DNA of 64,000 nucleotides from Clostridia bacterium (GCA_017516825.1 JAFXBC010000025.1:1328-65327), one strand, 5' to 3'; positions 1 to 9,980 are shown, counted from the stretch's first letter. The notes: generated from the sequence alone by a model not told the origin. Made by a program: numbers and translations.

Positions 1-1023
1 CGAAAGATCGGTTTCGGAATCATCGGTTGCGGTGTTATCGCGGATTTCCATGCCAACGCCTTATTTGAGATCCCCGAGGAGGCCGTTTTGGTGGGCGTGG
101 CCGATGCACGGCCGGAATCCGCACAGCGGTTTGCCCTGGCAAAGCAGGTGCGCGCCTTTGCTTCCGTGGAGGAAATGCTGGCCTGCCCCGAGATCGACGT
201 GGTGACTATCTGCGTCCCCAGCGGCTTCCATGCGGACATTGCCGTCAAGGCCGCCAACGCAGGGAAGCATATCATCGTGGAAAAACCCATGGCCATCACC
301 AAGGAGCAGTTGGATGCCATGGAAGAAGCCTGCGCCCGTAACGGGGTGCTTCTTTCCTCCATCGCCCAGAGCCGCTTCACCAAGGGCGTGAGCATGACCA
401 AGCAGGCGATTGCAGACGGCCTTTTGGGCAAGCTGGTGTGTGCCGACGTTTATATGAAATTCAACCGCACCCAGGAATATTACAACAGCGGCGGCTGGCG
501 GGGCACGAAAGCCATGGACGGCGGCGGCGCCTTGATGAACCAGGGCATCCACGGCGTGGATCTGCTGTTGTACCTGGCAGGGGACGTGAAGAGTGTATAC
601 GCCGTTTCCAAGACTTTGGCAAGACAGATCGAGGTTGAGGACACCCTGTCCGCCGTGCTGGAGTTCAAGTCCGGCGCTACGGGTGTGATCCAGGCCACCA
701 CCTCCGTCTACCCCGGCTATCCCCGCCGCCTGGAGCTGAACGGGGACAAGGGCTCCATCGTCTTGGAGGAGGGCAACGTGGTTCGTTGGGATCTGGAAAA
801 CCCGGGCAAGCAGGACATCGTCCTCCAGCCCACCATGTATTCCTCTGCCGCCACCCCCACAGCCATCGCCGTGGATAACCACACCAAGCAGTTCAAAGAC
901 GTGATCCGCGCCCTGCGTACCGGCACCAAGCCCCTCATCGATATTCACGAGGGCAGACGTCCCGTGGATCTCATCCTGGCTATCTACAAGTCTGCCGAAG
1001 AGCACAGAGTGATCGAGCTTTGA
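1..1023 (+). CDS. Gfo/Idh/MocA-family NAD(P)-dependent oxidoreductase (5' end cut by window edge)
   Basis: Frame 1 is open from nt 1 and reads KIGFGIIGCGVIADFH (Rossmann GxGxxG) ahead of the listed ORF 88..1023. It has the family-typical VEKPMA motif and a hairpin terminator follows. Confidence 0.85.
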   Translation, partial: RKIGFGIIGCGVIADFHANALFEIPEEAVLVGVADARPESAQRFALAKQVRAFASVEEMLACPEIDVVTICVPSGFHADIAVKAANAGKHIIVEKPMAITKEQLDAMEEACARNGVLLSSIAQSRFTKGVSMTKQAIADGLLGKLVCADVYMKFNRTQEYYNSGGWRGTKAMDGGGALMNQGIHGVDLLLYLAGDVKSVYAVSKTLARQIEVEDTLSAVLEFKSGATGVIQATTSVYPGYPRRLELNGDKGSIVLEEGNVVRWDLENPGKQDIVLQPTMYSSAATPTAIAVDNHTKQFKDVIRALRTGTKPLIDIHEGRRPVDLILAIYKSAEEHRVIEL

Positions 1024-1026
1024 TCG

Positions 1027-1065
1027 AAAGAGACCTCGTTTTTTCCATACGGGGTCTCTTTTCTG
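1027..1065 (+). terminator. Rho-independent terminator candidate after the oxidoreductase gene
   Basis: AAAGAGACC (1027-1035) pairs with GGTCTCTTT (1053-1061) and a T-rich tail follows. Confidence 0.55.
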
Positions 1066-1167
1066 TACGAAAAATGCAAAAAGATGTCGCTCGGTCGAAA
1101 ATCGGCAACATCTCGGTGGTATGATAGGAACAGCAGGAGATCTGCAGTAGGAAAAGGAGGGCATATT

Positions 1168-1815
1168 ATGGCAAAAATACTCATCGTCGAGGACGAAAAA
1201 GCCATCAACGACCTTGTGAGGTTCAACCTGGAGCTGGTAGGCCACGAATGCGTCCAGACGTTTGACGGCGGGGAAGGGCTGGAGGAAGCCATGCGCGTTA
1301 AATACGATCTGATCATTCTGGACGTGATGCTCCCGAAGCTTTCCGGCTTTGAGATCATGGAATGTATCGAGGGCACTCCTACCATCTTCGTCACCGCGAA
1401 AACGGGAGCCCAGGATCGGATCAAAGGCCTCCGTCTGGGCGCCGATGACTATATCACCAAGCCCTTCAACATCATTGAGCTGGTGGAGCGCGTCAAGGCA
1501 GTTTTGCGGAGAACGAAAAGCGACGGGGAAGTCTTCGAATTCGACGATATCCGCATTGAGTTTCATACCCGCAGGGTGTACAAAGGCGGGGAAAAGGTGT
1601 CCCTCAAGCCCCGTGAATTCGATCTTCTGGAGGTTTTGGTGAACAATCGCAACCTTGCCCTTTCCAGAGAAAAGCTGTTGAACCTGGTTTGGGAATACGA
1701 CTACGAGGGAGATATCCGTACCGTGGACGCCCATATCCAACGACTGCGCCAAAAGCTGGGCATCTCGGACCGCATCCAAACGGTCTACAAAACGGGGTAT
1801 AGATTTGAAGTTTGA
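1168..1815 (+). CDS. OmpR/PhoB-family response regulator
   Basis: AAAGGAGG RBS lies upstream of ATG 1168. Receiver motifs are ILIVEDE and DLIILDVMLP. The winged-helix output has RTVDAHIQRLRQKL and YKTGYRF. Confidence 0.93.
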   Translation: MAKILIVEDEKAINDLVRFNLELVGHECVQTFDGGEGLEEAMRVKYDLIILDVMLPKLSGFEIMECIEGTPTIFVTAKTGAQDRIKGLRLGADDYITKPFNIIELVERVKAVLRRTKSDGEVFEFDDIRIEFHTRRVYKGGEKVSLKPREFDLLEVLVNNRNLALSREKLLNLVWEYDYEGDIRTVDAHIQRLRQKLGISDRIQTVYKTGYRFEV

Positions 1816-1913
1816 AAAAGGGATCCTTTTTCAAACGTGATTTTGTGGCTCCGCTCACAAAATCTTTTAAGATCGCCCGCGAGACGCGGGCTGCGAAAGG
1901 ACTTGTCATAAAT

Positions 1914-3305
1914 ATGAAAATGAGATTTTGGCAAAAGACCTACATCTTCACCCTGGTGCTGTTTCTCGTCTGCCTGAACGTGGGGGTTCTTTCCCTCACG
2001 GTGTATACCTACCGAAAGAACGTGGAGGCGGCAGAGACCGCTACCGCGGCAGAGCAGTACTACGTGGCAATGTGCTTCGAGCGGGATTATCGGGATATGA
2101 CGGAATCCAACGCTTACAGCAACCCCTCCCTGTTGATGCAATCCTTCGGGGTGTATTACAGGAAGAAAGGGCTGTACCTCGCCTTCGAAGAACAGGGTGA
2201 AGTGATCTATACCGGATTCCCAAGCGATTACGTCATCGGGGAAAACGAATTGCTTCACACCCGCATTGACGGAAAACGCCATATTCTGATTTCTTCCGAT
2301 CTCTGCGACGGGAAATACGAAATGATCTTTGCAAAAAACGTGGAATCCCTGGACACCGAGTTTCAATCGCTGATGGTGACCTACGTTCTCACCGCGGTGG
2401 GGGTATCCCTGCTTCTTGCGATCTGCCTGTATTTTATTTTGAAAAAGCTTTCCGGCCCTCTGGAAAAGCTGCGTAAGACCACCGAGGCCATCCGCGCGGG
2501 GGATTTTTCCGTCACCGCCGAGGAAAAGGGGAGTGATGAATTTACCCTTCTGGCAGAGAGCTTCAACGCCATGCTGGGGAAGATCAATCAGCAAATGGCG
2601 GCTTTGGAGCAGGAGGCGGAGGCAAAAATGCTGGAAGCCGACCGAAAGCAGATGCTGGTGGACAATATGGCTCACGAGCTTCGCACCCCGCTCACCAGCA
2701 TTCACGGCTACGCGGAATACATCGAAAAGGCCAACACCACCGAGGAACGGAGGCTGATCGCGGCGAAGTATATCATGTCCGAGTCCGAGCGCCTCGGGAA
2801 GATCTCCGAGCTCCTGTTGGACGGCGCTTTCATTCGGGAAAACGCCATCGAAATGACTTGGGTGGAGCTTCCCGCCCTTCTTGCCGACGTGGCGGAAAAG
2901 CTACAGCCGAAGGCGGAGCATGGGGAGGTGGAGATCCTCTGTAATACCTCGCCCGCCACCGTTTGGGGCAACGAGACCTTGCTTTCCATGCTGTTCTACA
3001 ACCTGACGGAAAATGCCATCAAGGCGTGTCCTCCGGGCGGCAAGGTGAAGCTTTCCTGCGAAGGCACCCAAGCCACCGTGGAAGACAACGGCAAGGGGAT
3101 GACGGCGGAACAGCTTTTGCATATCACGGAGCCCTTCTACCGCACCGACAGATCCCGCTCCCGTGCGGAAGGGGGCGCAGGATTGGGGCTGGCCCTTTGC
3201 AAGCAGATCATCCGTACCCACGGCGCAGAAATGAAGTTTGCATCCGAAATGGGCGTGGGCACGAAGATTTTTGTGAATTTCTCGGAAACGGTGAAAACTC
3301 GGTGA
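1914..3305 (+). CDS. Sensor histidine kinase (TM-HAMP-HisKA-HATPase)
   Basis: H-box MAHELRTPLTSIHGY, N-box NLTENAIKA, G-boxes DNGKGM and GGAGLGLALC. Start is placed at ATG 1914 just before the first TM helix, although the ORF is open from TTG 1812. Confidence 0.9.
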   Translation: MKMRFWQKTYIFTLVLFLVCLNVGVLSLTVYTYRKNVEAAETATAAEQYYVAMCFERDYRDMTESNAYSNPSLLMQSFGVYYRKKGLYLAFEEQGEVIYTGFPSDYVIGENELLHTRIDGKRHILISSDLCDGKYEMIFAKNVESLDTEFQSLMVTYVLTAVGVSLLLAICLYFILKKLSGPLEKLRKTTEAIRAGDFSVTAEEKGSDEFTLLAESFNAMLGKINQQMAALEQEAEAKMLEADRKQMLVDNMAHELRTPLTSIHGYAEYIEKANTTEERRLIAAKYIMSESERLGKISELLLDGAFIRENAIEMTWVELPALLADVAEKLQPKAEHGEVEILCNTSPATVWGNETLLSMLFYNLTENAIKACPPGGKVKLSCEGTQATVEDNGKGMTAEQLLHITEPFYRTDRSRSRAEGGAGLGLALCKQIIRTHGAEMKFASEMGVGTKIFVNFSETVKTR

Positions 3306-3390
3306 CAAGTTGGAGACATTCCTATGGTACACTCATAGCGCAGAGTAAGGGATCCCCTCTGCAAAATACGACGAAAGGGTGGTTGATACC

Positions 3391-5565
3391 ATGAAAAGAA
3401 ACGTGAAATTTTTTATGACCGTAACCGCGTTGCTTCTGTTGTCCGCCGTGATCCTGACGGGATGCATGTACGCCATCGCCGCAGACAACGGCGCAACGAA
3501 GCCTTACGATCCCGAACAACGACAGGAAACCTCCGACGGCGGTGTAACCCAACCCGGCGAAAAGAATCCGGGAAATTCCATTGTAGAGGATGCGCCGATT
3601 ACTCAAGGCTCTTTGCAAGCAAAGTTTGAATCCATGTACGAGATCAGCGAGGATGGAAAGTCTATCGCTGTCATCTCCAAAGACTACCTCAACAAGTATT
3701 GGCAGAGCAACTATGAAAAAGAAGTAATCCATTCTCTCACAACGGAAGAGGTATACTTCATCATTCAGGATTCCATTCGGATCTATGAAGAGTATGACGA
3801 GGTGGTGCTTATCGGTTTTGCATCTGTTTCGTCTATGATGCAAGTGGCTGAGCGTTTCCCGTTTGTAAAGGACAAGACTATCAAAACGCAGCCGGATGTA
3901 ACTCCGTATTATGATTGGGATGATACGGAAGCGATTTACGAGATTATTCTGTACCGTTTGAAAGCCTTGTCCTCTCCCCAAGCATTCTTTACGGGTGAAG
4001 AAGCAATACTCTCTGTCGGTGAAGAACCGGAGCCCAACAGCACTATGCTTACATGGACTACGTTCTATATTCCCGATTATTCTGAAAGTACGGACAGAAG
4101 CACTATTCTAAAAGCAATTGGTTATGCAGTAATACCTAATATTGATTATCACGTAGATGTGATTTCTGATCTGTTTAGTTTTTGCAATAAAAATGGCGCA
4201 TATATTAATTTCGAATCCAAAACCAACGCACAATCCACCAAAATCTATCCTACCGTAGAACTTGATAATAAAACGAAGCCGTATTTTTCAATCAAACTAC
4301 CCGAACTCAATAACGCCGTTCTTGAACAGAAACAGGATTATAAGCTATACCTTGACGGCGAACTGCTTGTCGGCGGAATGGCTGAGGCCTTTGCAAATCT
4401 TTGCCTCTATGATATAACCGGTGACGGTGTGCCGGAACTCTGCTTCGTGATGGCAACGGGAAGCGGAATGGTAGATTATAATATCGTGATTATGGATCCC
4501 TTGACGAAGGAATGCATCTTCTCATTATCCGATAGATGCGAGCATGATTACAAGCTGTTCTTTAGAGATGGGCTTCTTTGCGTATTGGAAAGAAAATATA
4601 TGTCTATCGAATTCACTCGTACAGGCGTTTTGACCTATGATGGCTTCAAGATCTCTGTCTCTTGGGATGCAGAAGTGAATTATCCCTATGATCTGCCGAC
4701 AGGAATCCCGTTTGATCCCAATTTTAAGATAGAAAGCTTCGAGCCCGACCCCGATTCCCGGCCCCCTGTGAATAACGAAAAGGATCCGGATGAAGACGAT
4801 GAGCGATGGGCATATCTGAAATATGACTCCAACGACAACTATTGCACCTTGATGTCTCCCGATGGGAACTGCGTCCTCGAAGGCAGTTATGCAAAAGAAG
4901 ACGACAAGCTGGTATTTATGTTCAGAACTGCGGAAGGTGTATACACGTATTGCTTCCAATACCGGGGAGGTGTCGTATATACCTACTCCAATGATCTGTC
5001 TTCCCCTGCTCCCGGATATAGATTCGGAGATGGAATGGAGTATTATCTGACGGTGTTTGACGACGGCATTTGCTTCCTGGAGGCCGAGGCACAGGCACCC
5101 ACGGACGTACACGCAGAGGAGTTTGAACGGTATTATCCCGACGAGCTGTATGATATCTACGTTCTGTCCCATCTGGTGAGCTGGGAGGATATCCTGGCAG
5201 GCGAGGTCGAGCAAAAGGAAAACGAGAGCTTCTACAACGAACAGCTTCCTCCTTTGTATCTCATGATCCGCCATTTCGATATCAGCAAGGAAGCATTTTT
5301 AAGCGTGGCAGACCAGTTGAGCAAAGAACAGATCGATTGGTTGTTTTCGGGTGCCGACGAAAATGCGATCATGGAAAACTTGAAAGCAGAGTGGGCGGTG
5401 TACTACGACGGCAGGCTCTACAACGTTTATGAATTGGCAGAGCTTGACAAGGACTTGGTGATCGAGCTGAGAGAAAACGGCGTTTTTGACGAGCTCATCG
5501 CGTATATGGACTCCCTTGGGGTTGAGTCGGAAGCCTTGACCTTCATCAAGGATGCGGGGAGATAA
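3391..5565 (+). CDS. Putative lipoprotein of unknown function
   Basis: RBS plus ATG 3391. Signal peptide with lipobox (AVILTG|C). One FG-GAP-like DITGDGVPEL segment. No catalytic motif recognised. Confidence 0.75.
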   Translation: MKRNVKFFMTVTALLLLSAVILTGCMYAIAADNGATKPYDPEQRQETSDGGVTQPGEKNPGNSIVEDAPITQGSLQAKFESMYEISEDGKSIAVISKDYLNKYWQSNYEKEVIHSLTTEEVYFIIQDSIRIYEEYDEVVLIGFASVSSMMQVAERFPFVKDKTIKTQPDVTPYYDWDDTEAIYEIILYRLKALSSPQAFFTGEEAILSVGEEPEPNSTMLTWTTFYIPDYSESTDRSTILKAIGYAVIPNIDYHVDVISDLFSFCNKNGAYINFESKTNAQSTKIYPTVELDNKTKPYFSIKLPELNNAVLEQKQDYKLYLDGELLVGGMAEAFANLCLYDITGDGVPELCFVMATGSGMVDYNIVIMDPLTKECIFSLSDRCEHDYKLFFRDGLLCVLERKYMSIEFTRTGVLTYDGFKISVSWDAEVNYPYDLPTGIPFDPNFKIESFEPDPDSRPPVNNEKDPDEDDERWAYLKYDSNDNYCTLMSPDGNCVLEGSYAKEDDKLVFMFRTAEGVYTYCFQYRGGVVYTYSNDLSSPAPGYRFGDGMEYYLTVFDDGICFLEAEAQAPTDVHAEEFERYYPDELYDIYVLSHLVSWEDILAGEVEQKENESFYNEQLPPLYLMIRHFDISKEAFLSVADQLSKEQIDWLFSGADENAIMENLKAEWAVYYDGRLYNVYELAELDKDLVIELRENGVFDELIAYMDSLGVESEALTFIKDAGR

Positions 5566-5603
5566 GCCTCGCCACCTATAAAGCTTAATAGTTTGTCAAG
5601 GAA

Positions 5604-5641
5604 CCCTCCTGCCGGAAAACTTTCGGCGGGAGGGCTTTTTT
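5604..5641 (+). terminator. Rho-independent terminator
   Basis: CCCTCCTGCCG / CGGCGGGAGGG stem followed by CTTTTTTT. Confidence 0.8.
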
Positions 5642-5775
5642 GAACTGCTTTCAACCGAAAAAATCACCTATCAAGCAAAAAAACAACCGATTATCCCTGT
5701 TCTTTTCTAAAAAAGTGTGGTAAGATAGGATCATCGAGAGTGCATTCCGAAAAAAACATCGGAGGAACGTGATTT

Positions 5776-6261
5776 ATGAAAGAACACATTGGCGAACACA
5801 TTGCCGTTTACCGCAAGAAGGCGGGGCTGACCCAGGAGCAATTGGCGGAGAAAATGAACGTCACCGCCCAGGCGGTCTCCAAGTGGGAGAACGGGTTGAC
5901 CTGTCCCGATCTGGATTCCGTTGCCAGGCTGGCAGGCTTTCTGGGGGTAACCGTGGAGCAGTTGATCCACGGCGATGCCGCCGTCCCTGCCGTTCAAGTG
6001 GTGGAGACACCCCGGGTGGGGAAACGGGTGCTTTGCATCCGCGTGCAGGCCAAGGGTTCCGTGCCGACCAACGTCATCGTGCGCTTTCCCGTGGAATTGA
6101 TCTTGAGGGCGTACGAGATGGGCTGTCTGGAGTCTCTGGTGGGGGACGGAGCTCCCTTTGTGGAGCAGGCGATCGAAATGATCCGCCAAGGCACCGTTGG
6201 CTCCCTTGTGGACGTGGAAGCGGAGGAAACCGTGGTGAAGATCGAGGTGGTGGAGGTATGA
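5776..6261 (+). CDS. XRE-family HTH transcriptional regulator with C-terminal unknown domain
   Basis: N-terminal LTQEQLAEKMNVTAQAVSKWENG HTH_3 signature. Confidence 0.85.
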   Translation: MKEHIGEHIAVYRKKAGLTQEQLAEKMNVTAQAVSKWENGLTCPDLDSVARLAGFLGVTVEQLIHGDAAVPAVQVVETPRVGKRVLCIRVQAKGSVPTNVIVRFPVELILRAYEMGCLESLVGDGAPFVEQAIEMIRQGTVGSLVDVEAEETVVKIEVVEV

Positions 6262-6557
6262 CGGTATATTTGCAGACCACCGCAGGCAGGGAAGTGATTC
6301 CTTTGCCGGAGGAGACCGTTTTCGTGGGCGTGTATAACAAAGCGGAGGACGGCAGTAATAACATTGAGATCATGACGGGCTTCGAGAAGGTGTTTCCCTG
6401 CGGGAAGATCCGGCGGGTCACCCCTGAGGGCGTGAATATTACCATAGACTGCATGGCCGCAGAGGAATCGGCATTTTATGAAATCTTGCAGCGGTATCGC
6501 GGCATTTCCATGGTGGAGATCGTGGAGCAGGACTTTGAGCTTACCGTGGTGATATAA
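6258..6557 (+). CDS. Hypothetical 99-aa protein, translationally coupled to the XRE gene
   Basis: ATG 6258 overlaps the XRE stop codon (ATGA). It is the 3' part of listed ORF 5769..6557 and a terminator follows. Confidence 0.6.
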   Translation: MTVYLQTTAGREVIPLPEETVFVGVYNKAEDGSNNIEIMTGFEKVFPCGKIRRVTPEGVNITIDCMAAEESAFYEILQRYRGISMVEIVEQDFELTVVI

Positions 6558-6561
6558 AAAT

Positions 6562-6586
6562 AAGGGGTGCTTTTGCGGCACCCCTT
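6562..6586. terminator. Bidirectional hairpin between convergent genes
   Basis: AAGGGGTGC / GCACCCCTT stem between gene ends at 6557 (+) and 6590 (-). Confidence 0.65.
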
Positions 6587-6589
6587 GAC

Positions 6590-8146
6590 TTATTTCTTGC
6601 TGTTCTGCAATATCTCCTCTTTCGTCAAGCCGTAGGCCCTGGCGATGTCCTTGGCGTAGCTTTGTCCGCTACTGCCGGGCAGAATGCGGAACACCCGCCT
6701 GTGGGAGGTCTCCTCCAACTGTGCGGTGAGGTTGTGCAGGGTGGGGATCTCCCCTTCCAGACGGCAAAGGTCGTGGAAATGGGTGGTGAAGATCCCCTTA
6801 GCCCCGATCTCCCCGTAGGCCGCCAGGATCTCACCCGCAATGGCGGTGGCTTCCGTGGCGTCGGTGCTGGAGAGGGCTTCGTCGAACAGGAACAGGCTGT
6901 CCTTGGTAATGACTCGGTTCAGCTCGCTGATCTGCAAGCACTCGTCGGAAAGCCTGCCGTGGACGTAGGATTTCCCCCGCATATCAATGAAATGCACCAG
7001 AATGGCATCCACCGGGGTAACGGCCGCGGTGTTTGCGGGGAGAAGCAACCCCAAATGGAGCATGGCGTACAGGAGCCCCACCGATTGGGTGTAGATGGAC
7101 TTGCCGCCTTGGTTGGGTCCTGTGAGAATATACTGTCTGCGGGTAGCGGAAAAATCCAGATCGTTTTGCACCACGCCGCGTTGCTTTTCCGTAGCAAGGG
7201 CGAGAATGGGATGGTAAAGCCCCGCTACCTTGTCTTCGCTTTCGAAAACAGGCTTGCACAGAGGATAGCCGCCTTCCTTCAGATCCCGCAGGGGAACCAT
7301 GGCGGCGGAGACAAATTTCCATTCCTCAAAGACGGAAAGCAGGCTTTGCAGGTTGCCCAGCATATATTTCTTGATCACGCCCGACCAGGAGCGCAAAGCG
7401 GAGGAGAACACCTTCCCCAAAGCGCTGTTGACGGAGGCACGCAAAGAGCCCAATTCCTCCGCCGTCAGCCTGTGCTGTAAGGGCAGCAGAGGCGCGGAGC
7501 AGGTGAACTCCTTGCTTCCGGGATCCAGCCGCAACAGCCTGTCCAGATAATTTCCGGACACAAAGGGCTCCGTATGCACCTCGATCAGCCCCGCCTCCGT
7601 GGGATGTAGCTGACCGTTCAGGTTGATCCCCACGGAAATGCTCTTGACATCCCGCACCAAATGCACCTGCTCCTCCACGGCGCGGCAAAGCTGTTCAAAG
7701 CCTTCCCCGTCACACAGAGGGGCAAGCAACTCCCGCAGAGTTTGCAAAGCCTTGCTTTGGGGTCGGAAGCGGCCGAACAGCGCCTTCATTTCGGATAAAA
7801 ATTCCACGTAGGATTCCATCTCCTTCACGCTGTAAAGCAAGCGCTCGTTGGAGGTGGCGGAGTCCTTTTCTTTTTGCAGATCGTAAAGATCGGAAAGCTT
7901 CGCAAAGCCCTGCTCCAAGCCTTCAAACAGCGCGGGATGCTCCAAAAGCTCTTCGAAAAGTGCTTCCCGCAACTGCAGAGTTTCCTTGCATACCGAGAAA
8001 TACCCGCGGATCTCCCGTTCCTTTTCCCCGATCTTTCTTCCCTTGCCAATGGGAATCAAGGCGTTCAGATCCAAGGCTTCCACGAAGGAGAACTGCCGAA
8101 AAGAGGTGCGGGAATCCTGCTCATGCCAGATCATGCTTGCGGTCAT
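6590..8146 (-). CDS. MutS-related ATPase (MutS domain V only, no mismatch-binding N-terminus)
   Basis: Walker A GPNQGGKS, Walker B LFLFDEALSSTD, THFHDL motif. Confidence 0.85.
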   Translation of the reverse strand: MTASMIWHEQDSRTSFRQFSFVEALDLNALIPIGKGRKIGEKEREIRGYFSVCKETLQLREALFEELLEHPALFEGLEQGFAKLSDLYDLQKEKDSATSNERLLYSVKEMESYVEFLSEMKALFGRFRPQSKALQTLRELLAPLCDGEGFEQLCRAVEEQVHLVRDVKSISVGINLNGQLHPTEAGLIEVHTEPFVSGNYLDRLLRLDPGSKEFTCSAPLLPLQHRLTAEELGSLRASVNSALGKVFSSALRSWSGVIKKYMLGNLQSLLSVFEEWKFVSAAMVPLRDLKEGGYPLCKPVFESEDKVAGLYHPILALATEKQRGVVQNDLDFSATRRQYILTGPNQGGKSIYTQSVGLLYAMLHLGLLLPANTAAVTPVDAILVHFIDMRGKSYVHGRLSDECLQISELNRVITKDSLFLFDEALSSTDATEATAIAGEILAAYGEIGAKGIFTTHFHDLCRLEGEIPTLHNLTAQLEETSHRRVFRILPGSSGQSYAKDIARAYGLTKEEILQNSKK

Positions 8147-8161
8147 AGGTTGGTGCCTCCT

Positions 8162-8467
8162 TTATAAAAGCCATTGATGGATCCCCATTGCCGCCAGCAA
8201 CGCCAGCAGGGGAAACGCCCCTAAGTAGAGCCCCGAAAAACGGTAGGATCGCCAGACCTTGCAGAAGAAGTAGTAAAAATACCCTTCAAAGGCAAGGATG
8301 GGCAGGGCGACGATCACCCAAGGGGTGAAGACGAACACAAAGAGCAGGGTGGCTACGGCGAAAAAGACCAAAGCCATGGTCAACAGACTTCCCGTGGGGG
8401 AGACGATGAGCGTGCTTTGCTCGCAGAGGTTGAGGATCCTGTTTGCCCATTGGGACAGTACGTGCAT
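8162..8467 (-). CDS. Small integral membrane protein
   Basis: GGAG RBS before ATG at 8467. Three hydrophobic helices. Lies between the ylmH-like and mutS-like genes on the same strand. Confidence 0.6.
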   Translation of the reverse strand: MHVLSQWANRILNLCEQSTLIVSPTGSLLTMALVFFAVATLLFVFVFTPWVIVALPILAFEGYFYYFFCKVWRSYRFSGLYLGAFPLLALLAAMGIHQWLL

Positions 8468-8533
8468 ACCTTGCTCCTTTCGTGTTCTCCAAAAACAGTA
8501 TACCACGGTTTTTTTGCAAAACGCAAGTGCGTG

Positions 8534-9280
8534 TCAGATATACAATTCCGCCTTAACGTTAAGCTTCCCCTTACGGCTGGTGGATACCACGCCCACAAAG
8601 CGGAATTTTCCGTGGTGGCGCACGGAGACCACGCTGTTTTCGTTTACCGTGCCGCTGTTGTTTTCGGTACAGCGCCCGTCAATAAACACCAATCTTTTGC
8701 GGAATAGCTCCAGACTTTCCTCTCTGGAAAGCTTGAACATCCCCGCCACCAGCACGTCCGCCCGCAGGGATGCCACCTGCAAAAGCTTTTCCTCCGTGCG
8801 GGTACAGAGGGAAGCGGGAATTTCTCCGCAGAGCTCACACCGCAGAGAGGTGTGCTTCGCCTTCACCAGCTCCTCCAACAGGATGGGTGCGACGCTTTCC
8901 TTGCAGAAGATATACCCCACGTTGTCCCGCAGGTAGATATCTCCAAGGGTGTCCCTGGCGATGTCCAGGTTCATCATGGCCCCCAGCAGATCTCGGTGGG
9001 TGAGAGCATCTGCAAACTTCTGCTGGGCAGGCTCTACCTTGATGCAAAGGATGGGGAAGGGGTCTTCCCGCTCCCCGAAGCGGGCCATCACCCGCTCACA
9101 GCCCTCCGTGCCCCCGAACAGGGTCAACCCTGCGTATTCCACCTCGCTTTTGCATTGCAAAAGAAGGTCCACCTCGTCCATGGACAGGAAGGGGGTATAA
9201 AGACAGCGCCCCGTGGTGTAAGCACGTTCTGCCAACTCCGCGAAGCGCCGTTTCTTTTGTAATTCCTCGGCAGTGCTCAT
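8534..9280 (-). CDS. ylmH: YlmH-like RNA-binding protein (S4 domain)
   Basis: Length and pattern are typical of YlmH. The C-terminal S4-like segment reads LRADVLVAGMFKLSREESLELFRKRLVFIDG. Confidence 0.75.
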   Translation of the reverse strand: MSTAEELQKKRRFAELAERAYTTGRCLYTPFLSMDEVDLLLQCKSEVEYAGLTLFGGTEGCERVMARFGEREDPFPILCIKVEPAQQKFADALTHRDLLGAMMNLDIARDTLGDIYLRDNVGYIFCKESVAPILLEELVKAKHTSLRCELCGEIPASLCTRTEEKLLQVASLRADVLVAGMFKLSREESLELFRKRLVFIDGRCTENNSGTVNENSVVSVRHHGKFRFVGVVSTSRKGKLNVKAELYI

Positions 9281-9282
9281 GC

Positions 9283-9864
9283 TTAGACGGGCTCCATGGC
9301 GTTGCTGACGTCCTCGGTGGCCTTCAGGCGGAAGATGATCCGCAGCATGATGGCGTTGGCAAAGCTTGCCAAGCCGTCGCAGATCAGCACTACGTAAGTA
9401 AAGATATCCCGTGCCTCGTCCTCAAAAACGGTGGCAATGAGCACGGAGCAAAGCAGGAAGATACAGGACACCACCAATACGGGGATCCACATCACGCTCT
9501 TGATGCATCGCAGCTGAATGGCGTTTTGCACCTTGATGAGGGAGGTGAGCATGATGCACAGGTTCAGCACGATGGTGAGACTGTCGGCAATGGCGTCGGA
9601 TTCCAGCATGATGCAAAAACCGATCACCGCCGCAAAGGCACCCAGGGCGAATCCGTAGGCGTGGACGTCAAGATACTGACGGCGCAGGAAATACTGGATG
9701 ATCAAGGCCGCTCCCAAGACCATGGCGGCCATGCCCAGCAGGTAGGCAAATACCTTGGTATTGATCTCGTCCACCACCAAAAGCAACAGACCGAGAACGA
9801 TATAGATCACGGGGAATAAAAAGGTAAAAACGGCGCTGAGATCCATTGAAAGCTTCTTGTTCAT
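9283..9864 (-). CDS. Multi-pass membrane protein (DUF308/HdeD-like)
   Basis: GGAAGG RBS before ATG 9864. Six predicted hydrophobic helices. Family assignment is from memory only. Confidence 0.65.
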   Translation of the reverse strand: MNKKLSMDLSAVFTFLFPVIYIVLGLLLLVVDEINTKVFAYLLGMAAMVLGAALIIQYFLRRQYLDVHAYGFALGAFAAVIGFCIMLESDAIADSLTIVLNLCIMLTSLIKVQNAIQLRCIKSVMWIPVLVVSCIFLLCSVLIATVFEDEARDIFTYVVLICDGLASFANAIMLRIIFRLKATEDVSNAMEPV

Positions 9865-9936
9865 AGAAACGACCTTCCTTTCGGGCATCTTTTGCTACAG
9901 TATACCGCATTTTCCTACAAATTGCAATATTTTTTC

Positions 9937-9969
9937 AGAAAAAAACACCCCGAAACCGAGGTTTTGGGG
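9937..9969 (-). terminator. Terminator hairpin, second (distal) copy downstream of fba
   Basis: On the minus strand, stem CCCCAAAAC/GTTTCGGGG (one G-U pair) then TGTTTTTTT. Confidence 0.6.
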
Positions 9970-9980
9970 TGAGAGCGAAG
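9941..9980. repeat. Repeat of the fba terminator block (copy 1; copy 2 at 10144-10185)
   Basis: AAAAACACCCCGAAACCGAGGTTTTGGGGTGAGAGCGAAG versus AAAAAGACACCCCGAAACCGAGGTTTCGGGGTGAGAGCGAAG. Confidence 0.8.

Noticed and set aside
61-1779. 572-aa minus-strand ORF, plus similar long antisense ORFs: 10098-11138(+), 12738-14291(-), 17706-18683(+), 18673-19584(-), 20362-21120(+), 22401-23375(-), 25847-26668(-), 27012-27839(-), 29005-30411(-), 31535-32398(-), 39620-40837(-), 47020-48018(+), 49727-50824(+).
   Set aside because: Each lies opposite a gene with unmistakable family motifs (oxidoreductase, fba, prfA, obg, spo0A, ADH, GH13 and others). Their translations are Gly/Arg/His/Val/Pro-rich low-complexity strings with no motifs or RBS. 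They are typical shadow ORFs of GC-rich DNA.
5769-6557. 262-aa ORF spanning the XRE gene in another frame.
   Set aside because: The first ~160 codons are an Arg/Gly-rich overlap of the real XRE gene. Only the last 99 codons (6258..6557, ATGA-coupled) look like a gene.
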